Part shown: positions 18,489 through 26,298 of the stretch, piece by piece
Position numbering within the stretch: position 1 is the stretch's first letter
How the letters are laid out: every line of letters starts with the position of its first letter
The notes under the pieces: generated by a model
Databases searched by the model: none
What the model was told of the DNA's origin: nothing
The model's input: only the letters and a program-made list of their open reading frames with translations
Position numbers and translations under genes: made by a program
Assembly: GCA_048941015.1 (NCBI GenBank)
Contig: JBHLNZ010000004.1
Span: forward strand, 73,182 to 99,479
Reading direction: 5' to 3'
From: Promethearchaeota archaeon
Lineage (GTDB): Archaea > Asgardarchaeota > Lokiarchaeia > Sigyniarchaeales > SOKP01
Length of the DNA stretch: 26,298 nt

Positions 18489-19037
18489 TTATTGATCTTT
18501 AAATTTTAAATACAATTCTTTAATAATTGCCTGAAAAGCTTCATAAACTCCAGAACCTGTTTTAGCGCTAGTTTTATAATATCCGAGAAAATCTCTTTTG
18601 TTTACAATTTTATCTACTTTGTCATTATCTAACTCATTGACTTTCACTAGGTCTATTTTATTGCCAAACAAAACAATTGGAATATCTCCACAGTATTTTT
18701 TAATATCCTCATGCCAATCTTTAATATGATTAAAACTTATTTCTTCTTCCTTTGGAGCATGAGAAAATACAATAATAGCTGCTTTGCTTCCTTTATAAAA
18801 TGTAGGTCGCATAAAAGAAAATTCTTGTTGTCCTGCAATATCCCAAAAAAATAATTTACAATTATCATCATCGACTTTTTCATCATATTTTGAAAATTGA
18901 GCTCCTAATGTTTTGATATATTGTTTTTGAAATGAACCTTGAGTATATTTCTTAATTAAAGATGTTTTACCGACTCCTCCATCTCCTATTACAGTGATTT
19001 TAAAAATGAAATCTCTTTTCTCTTCACTATCCTTCAT
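18489..19037 (-). CDS. Ras-superfamily small GTPase (Rab/Ran-like)
   Basis: G1 GDGGVGKT, G2 YIKTLG, G3 WDIAGQ, G4 NKID, G5 TSAK. Confidence 0.95.
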   Translation of the reverse strand: MKDSEEKRDFIFKITVIGDGGVGKTSLIKKYTQGSFQKQYIKTLGAQFSKYDEKVDDDNCKLFFWDIAGQQEFSFMRPTFYKGSKAAIIVFSHAPKEEEISFNHIKDWHEDIKKYCGDIPIVLFGNKIDLVKVNELDNDKVDKIVNKRDFLGYYKTSAKTGSGVYEAFQAIIKELYLKFKDQ

Positions 19038-19224
19038 TATATCACTTCAAAGATTATTGCGATTAATTATATAAATATATGCTTTTATGATTTAAAATAT
19101 AAATTATTATTATACTTTTTTATTTATATTGATTTTTATATTAAAATAAAATGCTTTAAATCTTTATAATATATCAAAAATAGAATAATTTGAATAGATT
19201 ATAAATAGCAATAAAGCGATTTTA

Positions 19225-19701
19225 ATGGAAATTTTAGAAAGAATAAAAAAAGTAATAGATACCTTTTCCAATAAGGGCATTTCTATAGCTTTTGCTGAAT
19301 CTTGTACAGGAGGATATATTTGTCATATGTTTACAAATATTTCAGGAGCTTCAAATGTTTTTGAGAGAGGTATTATTTGTTATAGTAATCAAGCTAAAAT
19401 TGATGTTTTAAATATAGATATAAAAAGCATCGAACAACATGGAGCAGTTTCAGAAGTAATAGCTAAAGAATTAGCATTTAATGTAAGAATCCTTTCTAAT
19501 GTTGATATTGGCATTGGTATAACTGGTATTGCTGGTCCTACAGGAGGCACTCCAGAAAAGCCAATAGGCTTAGTATATATTGGGTATTCCACAGAACAAA
19601 ATACAAAAGTTGATAAGCACCAGTTTAACGTAGATCGCTTGACTTTCAAAAAAAAAGTGTTAGAAAAAATAGTTATATTTCTTGAAAATTTTAGGATTTA
19701 A
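19225..19701 (+). CDS. pncC: CinA C-terminal domain / NMN deamidase (PncC)
   Basis: AESCTGG, SGAS, YSNQAK, HGAVS, GITGIAGPTGG..KPIGLVYIG. Confidence 0.92.
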   Translation: MEILERIKKVIDTFSNKGISIAFAESCTGGYICHMFTNISGASNVFERGIICYSNQAKIDVLNIDIKSIEQHGAVSEVIAKELAFNVRILSNVDIGIGITGIAGPTGGTPEKPIGLVYIGYSTEQNTKVDKHQFNVDRLTFKKKVLEKIVIFLENFRI

Positions 19702-19715
19702 AAAATTGATTTTGA

Positions 19716-20900
19716 TTAATTTTCTTTTAGCTTGCCATTTTCCATTATAGTTTTTTTAGAACCATCAAGATATTCAATAGTTAAATCAACTTTCGGAGCT
19801 GTAACAAAATCCCAATGCATTAGAGACACTGATGTTCCTCCAAAATGATTATTAGATCCGAAGGCAACGTGCACACTTCCATTTATTTTCTCGTCTGTTA
19901 GGATATAACCAATAGCTTCAGTAATTACTGGATTACATCCTATACCGAGCTCAGCAACATTGTATGTTCTCAGTTCTGGGACATTATTTAGTTTGTCGAG
20001 TTTTTCTCGCTCATTGAAAGCATCAATTAAAGTGTCTAAATTAGTGTCAGCTGATACCTTATCAAGTAATAGCTTGCCCTCTTTAAAAGGGAGCTCAACA
20101 TTCTTTATAATTTTATGTGTATATTTTTCTTTAGTCAATGGACAGAAAATTCTCCCTTCTCCCTGTTTTTCATTTGGAGGGAAAAATACTTCTCCAGCCG
20201 GTAAATTTCCCCCTAAATCTCCCGATTTAATTTGATCCTCAGACATCATCCCGTTATCAAGAATCTTAGTTCGATTTTCTACTGAAATCCAAAAATCTGT
20301 ACCATAATCATCTGTTACATATACTTTCCTTGCATTTTCAAAGTAATTTCCCAAATTTTTAGTAATTTTGCTTAACTTTTCGGATGGTATACTCATTCCC
20401 TCAACTATAAATTTCTCAAATAAATTATAATCAATGTTATAGAAATTAGCTGCTTTCTTTGAAGGCCAAGCAGCATAACACCATTTTTTACCTGGTGCAA
20501 ACTCTTCCTTATGTCCATAGACTATTTCTCTCCAGCCTAATTCTGATTTCTGAAAAGCTTCTAATTTTTCTTTTGATACATTACTCCGAATAGAAGGATC
20601 CTCGGGATATTCAATTACAATATAAGCATCAATATTTTCAACCATTTTTACATAATGAAGGGGTCTTGTTTCAATTGTTTCTAGCGTAATTTGATCATCA
20701 TTGAAAAAAGATTCATCAAAATAGTCACTTCTGGAGAATATATGTGGAATCCCTCCTTTTCTGAGAACACTCAAGCCAATCTCATCTAATAATTTATGAC
20801 AATAGAGACCACCTTTTATAAGAACAAATTCTCCTTTTTTGAGATTAACACTTTTAGTAATATTTTCAGCACATAGTTTAATCTTTTCATCCGTAATCAT
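19716..20900 (-). CDS. M29 family aminopeptidase (AmpS/AmpT-like)
   Basis: GNLPAGEVF, AELGIGCN, DEKINGSVHVAFG, HWDFV. Start placed at ATG 20900 (MITDEK) rather than 20951. Confidence 0.9.
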   Translation of the reverse strand: MITDEKIKLCAENITKSVNLKKGEFVLIKGGLYCHKLLDEIGLSVLRKGGIPHIFSRSDYFDESFFNDDQITLETIETRPLHYVKMVENIDAYIVIEYPEDPSIRSNVSKEKLEAFQKSELGWREIVYGHKEEFAPGKKWCYAAWPSKKAANFYNIDYNLFEKFIVEGMSIPSEKLSKITKNLGNYFENARKVYVTDDYGTDFWISVENRTKILDNGMMSEDQIKSGDLGGNLPAGEVFFPPNEKQGEGRIFCPLTKEKYTHKIIKNVELPFKEGKLLLDKVSADTNLDTLIDAFNEREKLDKLNNVPELRTYNVAELGIGCNPVITEAIGYILTDEKINGSVHVAFGSNNHFGGTSVSLMHWDFVTAPKVDLTIEYLDGSKKTIMENGKLKEN

Positions 20901-21044
20901 ATCAATAAGAAATATTGAATAAATAATATTTCTTATTAAAACATAGTTCATATAAAAAAGAAGTCAAAGAATTTATTATCGAAATATTATTCATCATTAT
21001 AGAAGAATTTTTTAAAAGTTCAAATTTAAATCGTAATTTTGATT

Positions 21045-21509
21045 ATGGTTATTCGAGAGGCAGGTCTATCATTTAGAGGATTTACTCTAGTAAAAAAAAG
21101 CTATCATAAAACAAGTTTAGGTAAAATAGATTCAGATTTGAGGAGTGGGTTATTAACAGCTCTTCTAAATTTTGCTGAAACAGCTTTCTCTGAAAATTTT
21201 ATCGAATATTTTGAGGGAAAAAAGTATACAATTGCCTTCTTAAAAGATGAAATTTTACCCGAGGATGGCATTGAACCAGAGTTTTTACTAGCATATGCCA
21301 TTTTAGATAAGGAGAAGAAAGTTGATAAATATATAAACAAAATTCTTTACCCTTTGTTAAAAAAAGTTCTTAATGATTTTAAGGATTTATATACCGGAAA
21401 GAATTTATCAGAAATTACTCAATTTAAAGCATTTAAAAAAAATCTCGATGCTATCGTTGGTTCCGAAACTCAAAAAATAGATCAAAAATTACAAGGATTA
21501 TTTTATTAA
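21045..21509 (+). CDS. Longin-like domain protein
   Basis: IREAGLSFRGFTLVKKSY - DLRSGLLTALLNFAETAF - IEYFEGKKYTIAF - LLAYAILD - LLKKVLNDFKDLY - FKAFKKNLDAIV matches longin topology. Confidence 0.65.
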   Translation: MVIREAGLSFRGFTLVKKSYHKTSLGKIDSDLRSGLLTALLNFAETAFSENFIEYFEGKKYTIAFLKDEILPEDGIEPEFLLAYAILDKEKKVDKYINKILYPLLKKVLNDFKDLYTGKNLSEITQFKAFKKNLDAIVGSETQKIDQKLQGLFY

Positions 21510-22457
21510 CTACTTCATTTTTGAGCTTTTTAAATACCAGAATATTAAAGGAAGGGCGATAGTTGCGTCGGATATTACTGTAGAATATTTAGCATTTTCT
21601 CCTATTTTTCCCCATGAAATCGCTTCATTTAATGTAGCACCACTTAAACCACCTGGTTCAGGACGGTCCATAGTAATTTGGATCGCATAAGATGCAGAGT
21701 TTGGAGAGAATTGTAGCGATTGTAATATAAAATTTTTGGGGACTCCTCCTCCAACAATACATACTCCTGCCTTTTTAGCATCCCATGCTAGATTAACCAT
21801 CTCCATCATATCCTTAAAATGGTTAAGATTGATTTTTTGATGATGGAATCCAATCTGCATTGCCAATCCTGAATCTGTAAAAGCGGGACAAAAAATTGGA
21901 ACATCTTTGTCTGAACAAATTTTTAAAACTGAATTCGGGTTGTTCGGTAATTCTTGACCAAGAAACTTCAAAAATTCACGAACAGACATATTGTAATCGG
22001 GTACATTTAATTCGGAAACAAAATTCTCTATTCCTTCATAAACGTTATTTGGTAAAAAGACATCATATATTCTATTTATTTCTTCTCTGTGTAGACTTAC
22101 ATCGTTAAATTGATCCAGTTCGATATCTCCTTGAAGATGATTATATCCTAAAGTTTCTGCGACATCGTGAGTCAGATTAGCTCCTGTGGTAACTAAAATG
22201 TCTATAAATCCTTCAGCAATAAAATCATGAATGATTCGTTGCATACCTGCGGGAACTAGGGCACCAGCTAAGCCAAAGAATTTAACGCATTCATTATCAT
22301 TAATCATTTCTTTATAAATCTCACAAGCTATAGCTAAACGTTTTGCATTGAATCCCGTATCTGATAATGAATTAATTAAACTTATTATATCTTCTTTTTC
22401 TGTTACTTTATATTGATTAACTTTTTTTAAAATATCCTTAAATTCGTTCTTTGGCAA
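21510..22457 (-). CDS. dys: Deoxyhypusine synthase
   Basis: TGANLTHD, INRIYDV, PIFCPAFTDS, GGGVPKN, GGLSGATLNEAISWGK (catalytic Lys), DATIALP. TTG start. Confidence 0.95.
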   Translation of the reverse strand: MPKNEFKDILKKVNQYKVTEKEDIISLINSLSDTGFNAKRLAIACEIYKEMINDNECVKFFGLAGALVPAGMQRIIHDFIAEGFIDILVTTGANLTHDVAETLGYNHLQGDIELDQFNDVSLHREEINRIYDVFLPNNVYEGIENFVSELNVPDYNMSVREFLKFLGQELPNNPNSVLKICSDKDVPIFCPAFTDSGLAMQIGFHHQKINLNHFKDMMEMVNLAWDAKKAGVCIVGGGVPKNFILQSLQFSPNSASYAIQITMDRPEPGGLSGATLNEAISWGKIGENAKYSTVISDATIALPLIFWYLKSSKMK

Positions 22458-22466
22458 TTAGTTCAC

Positions 22467-23369
22467 TCATAAATTATTATATATAAAGGAAATAAATTCG
22501 ATTATTATTTTTGCAGCTAGATTAGAAGTTAGATTACTCGCTATATCTAAATTTGGAGCAACTTCAACTACATCTAATCCCACTACTTTAAAATTTTTAG
22601 CTACTTCTTTTAAAATTTTCCACATTTCTCTATATGAAAGTCCACCAGGAATCGCAAATCCAGTACCTGGTGCAATAGAAGGATCGAAAACATCAATATC
22701 AATTGAAATATACAAATATTTGATTTTTGAATTTTTGAAAAAATCTATGATATTCTCAATATATTTATTTAGTCCAAATTCGCTCAATAAATATGCATCA
22801 AAATGAACTATATCTTCTTTATTTGCAATGTCTAACTCAGGAATATCGATATCTCTAGTACCAACTAATAATAGATTATAGTTGTTAATATAATCCAAGT
22901 CAAATGTTCGATGTGAGATTGTTGCATGTGAATAGACCCCTTTGTCCCACTCTTCATAAAGATCTAAATGTGCGTCAAATATTAATACACCAAATTCATC
23001 TTTTTTGTCAAATATATCTCCAACTCCTTTGATTACGGGGTAAGAACAAAAATGATCCCCCCCAATCATCACAGGAATAATATCCTTTTTCTGTTTAAAT
23101 TTTTCCAGTAAAAAAGCATTGATCTCTTTTAAGTTATTCTCGACATTAGTAGATTCGATTGGCACATCTCCTATATCAACTACTTTTAACTTGGGTATTT
23201 CAAAGCCCATTTCGGTTGTTAGAGCAAGGTTAGAAGAAACTTCCCTGATTTTTTGAGGTGCTATTGCAGAATTGGGTGTTTTTATAGAAGTTAAATAATC
23301 CCAAGGAATGCCAAAAATTACGAATTTTGTTTCCTTATCTATAATCTCTCCAAAATCAAAAAAAGTCAT
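22467..23369 (-). CDS. speB: Agmatinase / ureohydrolase (arginase family)
   Basis: GGDH, DAHLD, SHAT, SIDIDVFDPSIAPGTG..PGG, DVVEVAP. AAGGAG SD upstream. Confidence 0.88.
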   Translation of the reverse strand: MTFFDFGEIIDKETKFVIFGIPWDYLTSIKTPNSAIAPQKIREVSSNLALTTEMGFEIPKLKVVDIGDVPIESTNVENNLKEINAFLLEKFKQKKDIIPVMIGGDHFCSYPVIKGVGDIFDKKDEFGVLIFDAHLDLYEEWDKGVYSHATISHRTFDLDYINNYNLLLVGTRDIDIPELDIANKEDIVHFDAYLLSEFGLNKYIENIIDFFKNSKIKYLYISIDIDVFDPSIAPGTGFAIPGGLSYREMWKILKEVAKNFKVVGLDVVEVAPNLDIASNLTSNLAAKIIIEFISFIYNNL

Positions 23370-23400
23370 ATTAATACAATCTCCTTTATCTATTGTAATA

Positions 23401-25116
23401 TTACATTTGTTCTAATGTATCTATCCCTAACATTGTTAATCCAATTTTTATAATAATTTGAACGCATTTTATTAGCAACAATCTAGCTTTTTCCAAATCT
23501 TTATTTTCGGATATTACTTGGCATGAAGCATAAAAAGAATTAAATGCTTGGCATAAACTTAGGAGATATTGAGGTATTAAATGAATGTTATAAGTTTTCT
23601 CAACAGATTCTAAAATTTCAGGGAAATAAACTAATTGTTTAATTAGAAAAAATTCCTTTTCATGATTTAATAATTCCCAATTTATGTTTGTATCTGTTTT
23701 TAGCGCCGATTTTGAAATTATCGAAGCTATTCTTGCATAACAATATTGAATGTATGGACCTGTTTCACCCTCAAAAGAGATACTTTCATCGGGTTTAAAA
23801 ACAAAACCTTTTGAAGGATTATACTTCAAATTATAAAATTTAAGCGCTGATAAACCAATTATATTTGCTCTCCTTAACTTTTCAGATTTACTTAAATCAG
23901 TATATCTCTTATCAACTTCATCATAAGCAAGTTTTTCAACTTCTTCAATAACATCATCAGCATCAACAACAGTACCCTCCCTACTTTTCATTTTGCCGCT
24001 TGGTAATTCAACCATTCCATACGATAAATGGTAATTATCTTCTTTGAAACCAAGTAGATCCAATACTGCAAATAGCCACTTAAAGTGCTGAATTTGTTCA
24101 TCGCCAACCACATAAATTGAGCGATTATAATTGAAATCTTCTTTTTTTTTATAAGCTAAATAAATGTCTTGGGTGATATAGATTGATGTGCCATCACTTC
24201 TAATCAATATTTTATCTTCAAGATTATATTTTTCTTTTAATCGCGCAATAATTGCACCATCTTCAGTTTTATCGAAAATCCCTTTTTTCAAAGCTTCATA
24301 AATTTTATCTTTTCCTTTTACATATAAATCAGATTCATAATAGACCTTATCAAAGGAAATCCCCAACTTTTTATACGTTTTGTTATGACCCTCTAATGCC
24401 CATTGATTCATTTTTTTCCAGAGCGCTCGAGTTGACTTATCATTTTTTTCCCATAATCGAAGTAAATCATAAGCTTCATCAGTTAGTTGATCATTTTTTT
24501 CTGCTTCTTCACTGAACTTCACATAAAAATCTCCTACAAAATGATCCGTTTTCTTATCTGGATCCTTATTATTTCCCCATTTTTTATAAGCAAGCATACT
24601 TTTACAAATATGAATTCCACGATCATTGTTTAGATTTACCTGAAAAACTTTATGTCCTCTATACTCTAATAAATTCGAAAGAGATTTACCAAGTACCATA
24701 TTTCTGACATGTCCAAAATGAAGAGGTTTATTAGTATTGGGAGATGGGTATTCTATTACAAATCTTAAAATTTCTTTACTTTCTTTATAAGTTATCCCTC
24801 TAAATTTTCCATAATCTTCCTTAAGTTCAAAAATAGATTCAAGAATATAATTCGATTTGATTTTTAAATTTAGATATGGACCTATTGCTTCAATTTTGCC
24901 TAAAAATTCGATATTTTTAATTCTATTTTCTAGATCTTTTGCTATTAAATCCGGAGATTTCTTTTCGATCTTTGCTAAACTGAAACAAGGAAAAGCATAT
25001 GTGAAATCAATCTCAGAAGGAGGTATTTCTAATAAAGCTTCAATTTCCTCTGTTTTTAGGTCTGAGATATATTCATCTAAAGCTTCAGCGATAGCTTTTT
25101 TATCAAAGACTTTCAT
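23401..25116 (-). CDS. argS: Arginine--tRNA ligase
   Basis: EYPSPNTNKPLHFGHVRN (HIGH motif), KMKSREG, GETGPYIQYCYARIASI, DALR-type anticodon domain ending LEQM. ATG 25116 (alternative TTG 25122). Confidence 0.97.
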   Translation of the reverse strand: MKVFDKKAIAEALDEYISDLKTEEIEALLEIPPSEIDFTYAFPCFSLAKIEKKSPDLIAKDLENRIKNIEFLGKIEAIGPYLNLKIKSNYILESIFELKEDYGKFRGITYKESKEILRFVIEYPSPNTNKPLHFGHVRNMVLGKSLSNLLEYRGHKVFQVNLNNDRGIHICKSMLAYKKWGNNKDPDKKTDHFVGDFYVKFSEEAEKNDQLTDEAYDLLRLWEKNDKSTRALWKKMNQWALEGHNKTYKKLGISFDKVYYESDLYVKGKDKIYEALKKGIFDKTEDGAIIARLKEKYNLEDKILIRSDGTSIYITQDIYLAYKKKEDFNYNRSIYVVGDEQIQHFKWLFAVLDLLGFKEDNYHLSYGMVELPSGKMKSREGTVVDADDVIEEVEKLAYDEVDKRYTDLSKSEKLRRANIIGLSALKFYNLKYNPSKGFVFKPDESISFEGETGPYIQYCYARIASIISKSALKTDTNINWELLNHEKEFFLIKQLVYFPEILESVEKTYNIHLIPQYLLSLCQAFNSFYASCQVISENKDLEKARLLLIKCVQIIIKIGLTMLGIDTLEQM

Positions 25117-25246
25117 TTTCAAATCCGGATAATAATCAAAAATTTTAATTGTTTAAATGATTTTAACTTATATCTGTTTTGTTAAATATATCTAAAATAG
25201 CTCATAAAATTTATGTTATTCTAATTATCAAAAACTTGGTTTTATC

Positions 25247-26298
25247 ATGTCATTTAAACAAGATGTAAAGAAAAATTTTCCGAAATGGCCAATATATGAT
25301 AATAGTGAGATAAAAGCTTTAGAAAAGGTTATAAAGTCTGGAAAATGGTGGTGTGGAGCTCCTGGTGCTCATGAAGGAGAAAATGTATGGAAATTTCAGG
25401 AAGAGTTTGCTAAATTTCAAGGAGCTGAATATTGTATCGCTGTTTTTAATGGCACCGTCGCTATCGAAGCCGCACTTATAGCCTTAGGAGTTGGATTAGG
25501 CGACGAAGTAATCGTTTCCGATTATACCTTTGTAGCTTCAGCTTCAGCTGTGATAGCTACAAATGCAATTCCTATATTTTGCGATGTTAATCTAGAAACT
25601 TTTGTGATGGATGTTAATCAAGTTGAAAAATTAATAACTAAAAGAACTAAAGCAGTTATTCCAGTACACCTCGGAGGTAATCCTGTTGAAATGGATAAAC
25701 TAAAGGAATTGACTGATAGATATAAAATCAATATAGTTGAAGATTGTTCTCATGCTCATGGATCTTGCTATAAAGATAAATTAGTTGGAAATTGGGGTGA
25801 TGCTGGTACATTTAGTTTTCAAGCATCAAAAGTTTTGACAAGTGGGGAGGGTGGTGCTATTATTTGTAATTCTAAAGCTTTAGCAGAAAAGATCTATTCT
25901 TATACTGATTGTGGTAGAGAAAAAAATAAACATTCTTATTATCATAGTACGTATGGGACTAATTATCGTATGACAGAATATCAAGCAGCAATTTTAAGAG
26001 AACAGATGAAAAAATTCAATACCCAGCATGAGACAAGAAATCGAAATGCTAAGTATTTGAGTGAAAAATTGAATGAAATTGATGGAATTAATACAATGAA
26101 ACCAACTCCAGGTACAACAACATTAGGTTGGTATGTTTTTCCTTTTGTATTTGAACCTGAAAAATTCGGAGGGTTAACTAAACTAGAATTCTACAAAAAG
26201 TTAAATAGAAATGGAATACCAACAGACGACTGTTATCCTCCTCTGCATGGATTGGACTGTTTTAAAAATTTAAACTTGAAAAAGGGTATTGATTATTC
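25247..26298 (+). CDS. DegT/DnrJ family aminotransferase, RifK/BtrR-like flavour (3'-truncated, absent from the ORF track)
   Basis: Manual translation from ATG 25247: MSFKQDVKKNFPKWPIY...SGKWW...NGTVAIEAAL..GDEVIV..PVHLGG..EDCSHAHG..FSFQASKVLTSGEGG..GTNYRMTEYQ. Open to the window end. Confidence 0.92.
   Translation, partial: MSFKQDVKKNFPKWPIYDNSEIKALEKVIKSGKWWCGAPGAHEGENVWKFQEEFAKFQGAEYCIAVFNGTVAIEAALIALGVGLGDEVIVSDYTFVASASAVIATNAIPIFCDVNLETFVMDVNQVEKLITKRTKAVIPVHLGGNPVEMDKLKELTDRYKINIVEDCSHAHGSCYKDKLVGNWGDAGTFSFQASKVLTSGEGGAIICNSKALAEKIYSYTDCGREKNKHSYYHSTYGTNYRMTEYQAAILREQMKKFNTQHETRNRNAKYLSEKLNEIDGINTMKPTPGTTTLGWYVFPFVFEPEKFGGLTKLEFYKKLNRNGIPTDDCYPPLHGLDCFKNLNLKKGIDY

Noticed and set aside
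20901-20951. N-terminal extension MNYVLIRNIIYSIFLID of the M29 peptidase as a signal peptide
   Set aside because: It reads through AT-rich promoter-like DNA shared with the divergent gene. M29 enzymes are cytosolic and the domain begins at MITDEK.
12054-23369. Selenoprotein (UGA read-through) or SECIS near the PSTK-like gene
   Set aside because: The TGA-terminated genes I checked (ending 13971 and 22467) are complete and hit another stop shortly after. The thioredoxin has CAPC, not Sec. No convincing SECIS was seen by eye.
13056-25132. Short ORFs 13056, 13575, 14960, 18086, 19389, 19960, 21104, 21896, 24252, 24857
   Set aside because: Shadow or alternate-frame ORFs overlapping confidently assigned genes.

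Overview
AT-rich, gene-dense archaeal chromosomal segment, most likely from an Asgard archaeon (Lokiarchaeia/Promethearchaeota-like). The assignment is inferred from three unprenylated Ras-superfamily small GTPases, several longin-like and V4R proteins, a RING-like zinc finger and a PSTK-like kinase, alongside archaeal TBP, Cdc48, a tetraether synthase-like radical SAM enzyme and deoxyhypusine synthase. About 30 CDSs are supported, two of them truncated by the window edges. I saw no rRNA, tRNA, CRISPR array or transposase. Main leads: (i) recurring V4R/H-NOX-fold plus small-GTPase pairings, including a GTPase-thioredoxin-V4R operon, with longin/DENN-like genes nearby, suggesting a TRAPP-like or ligand/redox-gated GTPase regulatory system; (ii) a 35-aa tandem-repeat protein with a 3-unit super-repeat; (iii) a stand-alone polyproline plus RING-like microprotein; (iv) a longin/DENN-coiled-coil-winged-helix gene that appears to start at ATT; (v) a GTPase with Ran-like motifs; (vi) a TBP with an acidic N-terminal tail and a palindrome/TATA-rich upstream region. 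All product calls come from motif recognition, not database searches.
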